Notes under the pieces: generated by a model
Told to the model about the DNA's origin: nothing
The model's database searches: none
Seen by the model: the letters and a program-made list of their open reading frames with translations, nothing else
Shown here: positions 60,601 through 64,000 of the stretch, in pieces
Position numbering within the stretch: the stretch's first letter is position 1
Layout of the letters: the number at the start of each line of letters is the position of its first letter
DNA from: Bilabrum cf. latius
Lineage: Eukaryota
DNA: 64,000 nt
Direction: 5' to 3'
Assembly: GCA_965178125.1 (NCBI GenBank)
Contig: OZ237751.1
Location: 124,001 to 188,000, forward strand
Program-made: the position numbers and the translations under genes

Positions 60601-63600
60601 GCTACCGCTGCCAGGGCATTGACTCTAGCGCGGACAGCAGCCGCAGCTTTGAGGCGTTCTTCCTGCCCAGCCGAGACGCGGGGGAGGCGCTGATGCACGC
60701 GCGGCAGCGAAAGGGCGCCCAGCGGGCCGCCAACCTGGTTGCTGTGGCGCGCGCCAACGCGCACACGATCTCCGTGAGCATAGCGGCGGGCCGGCTGCTG
60801 TCCATGCTGCTGCGGCTGACGGACGCCGTGCGCGCCTCCAGGGCACTGGCAGCGGTCACAACGGCCCTGGCCGGCAGGTCGGGAGCCGATCTGCAGGCGG
60901 GACTTGTGGCGGGGCCTTCCGCTGCGGGACCGGCGGGGGGCGCCGGCATGCCGGGCCAGATGGCCCCGGCGTTGCTGGCAGGAGCGGTTCGGACCGCTCT
61001 CCGCGCGTCTCCCCGGCTGGTGGACCTGCTGGGCACGGACAAGGACGGGGCTCGGGGGATGCTCTTTGGGGGCGCGGGGTCAGGGGACGCGGCGGCGAGC
61101 AGCATCAGCGGGAGGCGGCTGGTGGGGGAGGCCACGGTGGAGGGAGCCGTGGGTCTTGCGGAGCAGGTGGCTCTGGCAGATGGCCGCGCCCTGCCCCAGC
61201 TGATGGACGTGATCGACTCGGAGGTGCAGCAGCTGCCCGGGCTGCTGTCAGAGGGCGGCTACGGGATGGTGGCGCTGGACGTGGCTCGCGTGGCGCTGAG
61301 CTCCGACGACCAGGCGCAGGCGGCCCAGTGGGTGGTTGCGTGCGACGGGCAGATGGGCCAGAAGGGTATCCTGGAGCCGCTGGTGGCCGGACTCGAGGAC
61401 GAATTGGGCGGCGCCTACGACGGGGCTGGTCCCGCGGCCAAGGTGCGGCGCAAGGACACTGTGATCCAGTTCCTCGACGAGCCCCGCGTGCCGGGCTGGA
61501 GCGACGACCACGAGGACGGCACCGAGGGCGAGGGCAAGGGCAGCGGGGGCGGGGAGGGGGGCGCGCAGGGCCCCCAGGCCGACATGCTGGACGGCGCGCA
61601 GCACGAGTCGCCCTCCTCGGCCGTGGGGTTCCTGCACACGCCCAGGGGCCCGTTCGCTGGCCGCAGGCTCGTGGGGCCCTCGGCCGTGAGGGACGCGCTG
61701 GGAGTGGTGCTCGGCTGGCGCGCCGAGTGGAGGTGCTTCCCGCGGCGGCTGGCGCAGGCACTGGGGCTCCTGGCGCAGCTCTGGAAACGGGCGCACGGCG
61801 AACCTTCGGCAGCCTCCGGAGTGAACCCCTTGCCCGGCGCACAGGCGGGTGGGGTCGCATCCGCTGTCGGCTCGGGAGGCAGCGGGATCGACGCGGTGGG
61901 TGACGGCGGCTCGGAGGGCGCAGGGGGGCTGGGGCACCCTCAGCTGCTCGCCGCCGTGTCCCTCGTCCGCAGGTGTCCGGGGTTCTGGCCCGCTGTCGCA
62001 GGTCTGGCCGCGTACTCTCACGGAGATCCGGGCCTCAGGGAGGTGGCGGTGCAGGAGGTCGCTCTGGCGGAAGCGGTCAGGCGAGCGGGGCCGGGCGGAT
62101 TCTCCGCTGGGGGCGGTGGGGGCCCCTAGAGCCAGTCGTAGCAGGGAGGCATCCAGGGCCGTGATGGAGTTGCATCCCCCCAGGACCTATCCGCGAGGGG
62201 GGCGGCCGAAGCGGCTGCGCTGGAGCGGACGCGGGCCCACCGCGAGGCATTGTTCGGCAGCGGAGCCGAACCCGGCACCCCGGGTCAGGGGGGCCCCGGC
62301 GCATCGACCCCGCGCAAGCAGCGGTCGATGGCGCTGTCCCCCGAGGCGGTCAAGACCCGCATGCTGGACCAGGTGCAGCAGGCCGGCTTCGCGGCCGAGC
62401 ACGCTGGCTGGCGACCCCCCCACGTGGGTGTGCAGCTGGAGCACGCGGAGGCCCAGGCATCAGACAGGGCGGGAGCGCCGGGCATGTCACCCGCCGCTGT
62501 GGCCCTGTACTGCTACCGCACGGCGGCGCGTGCGCTGGCCCTCCGGCTGCTCACTCTGGAGCTGCTGGCCGTGTCGGCGGGGGCGCCCGGCTCCCTTCTG
62601 TCCAACCGCGGCGAGGAGCTCAGCGCGGACCACGAGCTGATCGAGCGCGTGATCGATGCGTCGGGGAGGGGCGGAAGGGGAGACATCCCGGGCGGGGCAG
62701 CGGGCAACGTGGGCGCCGTGGCCATCTGCCGGTACATCTGCTAGAGCGCCACGGAGTCGGCGGTGCGAGGCGCGGCGCGGCTCACCGAGGCTGCCGCGAG
62801 GGCCGGGGCACAGGGGGGAGATGGGCCAGGGTCCGGCGATGCCGCCGAGCCGGGGGCCGCGTACGCTTCTCCGCTCAAATCTGCCGCCGTGTCGTAGGCT
62901 GTGCTGGAGGCGCGCTAGCAGGCTGTGCGGGAGGGTGCGGGCGCGGGGACAGCCGCCGCACCCGGTGGATCGTTTGGCGCGGCGATGGGGAAGGGGCTCT
63001 TCCGCCCTTTTTCGCAATCCTCCATAGGCACGGACTCGTCAGGAGGCAGCGGGCAGCCGGGCGCGTTGCCCGGCGTGCCCCAGCCGCTGCGCATGGCCTT
63101 CGCGCGCGCCGTCGTGGAGTGCCTCTCTGTGACACACGCACCCGAGGCGGAGACGGCTATGGGGGACGCGGCCGCGACCGTCGGGCTCCGGCTGGCTGCC
63201 TTCCGACGGATGCATGACGCGGGAACGGCCGTCCGGCTGTGCCCAGGAGGGCTCGCCGGGTGGCTGGGAGCAGACCGGGCAGCCGAGGCGCTGGCTGCCG
63301 CTGGCAGGGGAAGCGGTACCGGGGGTGGGGGCGTGTCGCCGCCGGGGGCCTACCTGCAGGCCGCCCTTGCGAACGCGAAGCGGCTGAACGTGCTGCCCAC
63401 CACTGCTCTCATGGCTGCGGCAGATGCGGCGCTGGACCGCAGCTCCAATGCACTCGCGAGCGGTGGGACCCGCAGCAAGCAGAGCCAGGTGGAGACGAGC
63501 GAGGGCGTGGCGGACGAGCTCGACGGGGCCGCGGCTCCCTACGGCGATTCCTTCCTCTTCGACGTGGAGGCGGCCGCGGCGCGGCTGGGTCTGCGGAGGC

Positions 63601-64000
63601 AGTGGCGGGCCATCCGTCAGAGGAGGTCAGCCCGCTGGGGCATGGACAACGCCAAGGCCGTGGTGATGCTGCGGCGGGCCGCTCGCTCGCTGACCTCGGC
63701 GGGGGACGGGCCTGGCAGCCCGGTGAAGAAGAGCTGGGGCAGGGGAGCGAGGCCCGCAGCGGCTGGCGCATTCGCCGCCGCGAGAGGTGCCGCCTTGTCG
63801 TCGTCGTCAGCGTCGATGGCAGGCGCCGGCGGCCGCGTCAAGCTCGTGTTTGGCGGTCCCCGGAGCCTCTCCGAAGAGGACGAGGCGCAGCTGGTGCAGG
63901 ACTACCTGGTGGCCTCCGCGGCCGGGTGGGGCCCTCTCCCGCCGGACAATCAGGCGGCGTGCGGCATCGCCGAAGTCGCCGGGGCCCTGCGGCTCGCCCG
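54615..64000 (+). CDS. Nucleoporin Nup188-like scaffold protein (>3100 aa, 3' end outside the window) with an inserted EF-hand pair
   Basis: Single open frame from ATG 54615 to the window end, with about 14 in-frame TAGs and no TAA/TGA. FGKPS*SSLEALRSG, VASMLQVDELHA..YREEQ, LPSGTQGLVV..ARWRVSVSAW and YGDSFLFD resemble Nup188-family blocks. Confidence 0.6.

Noticed and set aside
1-64000. Mass pseudogenisation or random sequencing error as the cause of internal stops
   Set aside because: Internal stops are exclusively TAG, occur in varied flanking contexts, hit essential genes with intact motifs, and align mostly with Gln. Random decay or general C-to-T error would also give TAA and TGA.
1-64000. 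Pyrrolysine or selenocysteine recoding, or A-to-I editing to Trp
   Set aside because: TAGs are spread over unrelated genes at Gln-type or variable positions, not at catalytic or Trp positions. No pyl genes are seen, and selenocysteine uses TGA.

Overview
This window is GC-rich, gene-dense eukaryotic nuclear DNA. It has short GT-AG introns, a flagellar dynein light chain, and peroxisomal, nuclear-pore and Pol I genes. It looks like a heterotrophic flagellate; the GC content and low-complexity inserts suggest a stramenopile such as a Cafeteria-like bicosoecid, but that is inference only. The main result is a non-standard nuclear genetic code. By manual count about 75 in-frame TAG codons interrupt 16 of the 20 gene models, and the reading frame and homology continue straight through them. 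At conserved positions TAG aligns mostly with Gln. All recognisable C-termini end in TAA or TGA, so UAG appears to be Gln while UAA remains a stop. Under this code the fragmented ORF track collapses into about 20 genes. These include a NIDO/Cys-rich membrane protein with a probable one-zinc RING, a 2648-aa cadherin/RCC1-like surface protein with six RGD-bearing repeats, NAGS, a PEX3-like gene, an inverted pair of pectin acetylesterases, a CLU-TPR gene, LC4, RPA49, a ZSWIM2-like gene, TCD, and a Nup188-like gene with an inserted EF-hand pair. No tRNA, rRNA, CRISPR array or mobile element was recognised. Family calls come from remembered motifs, not database searches.
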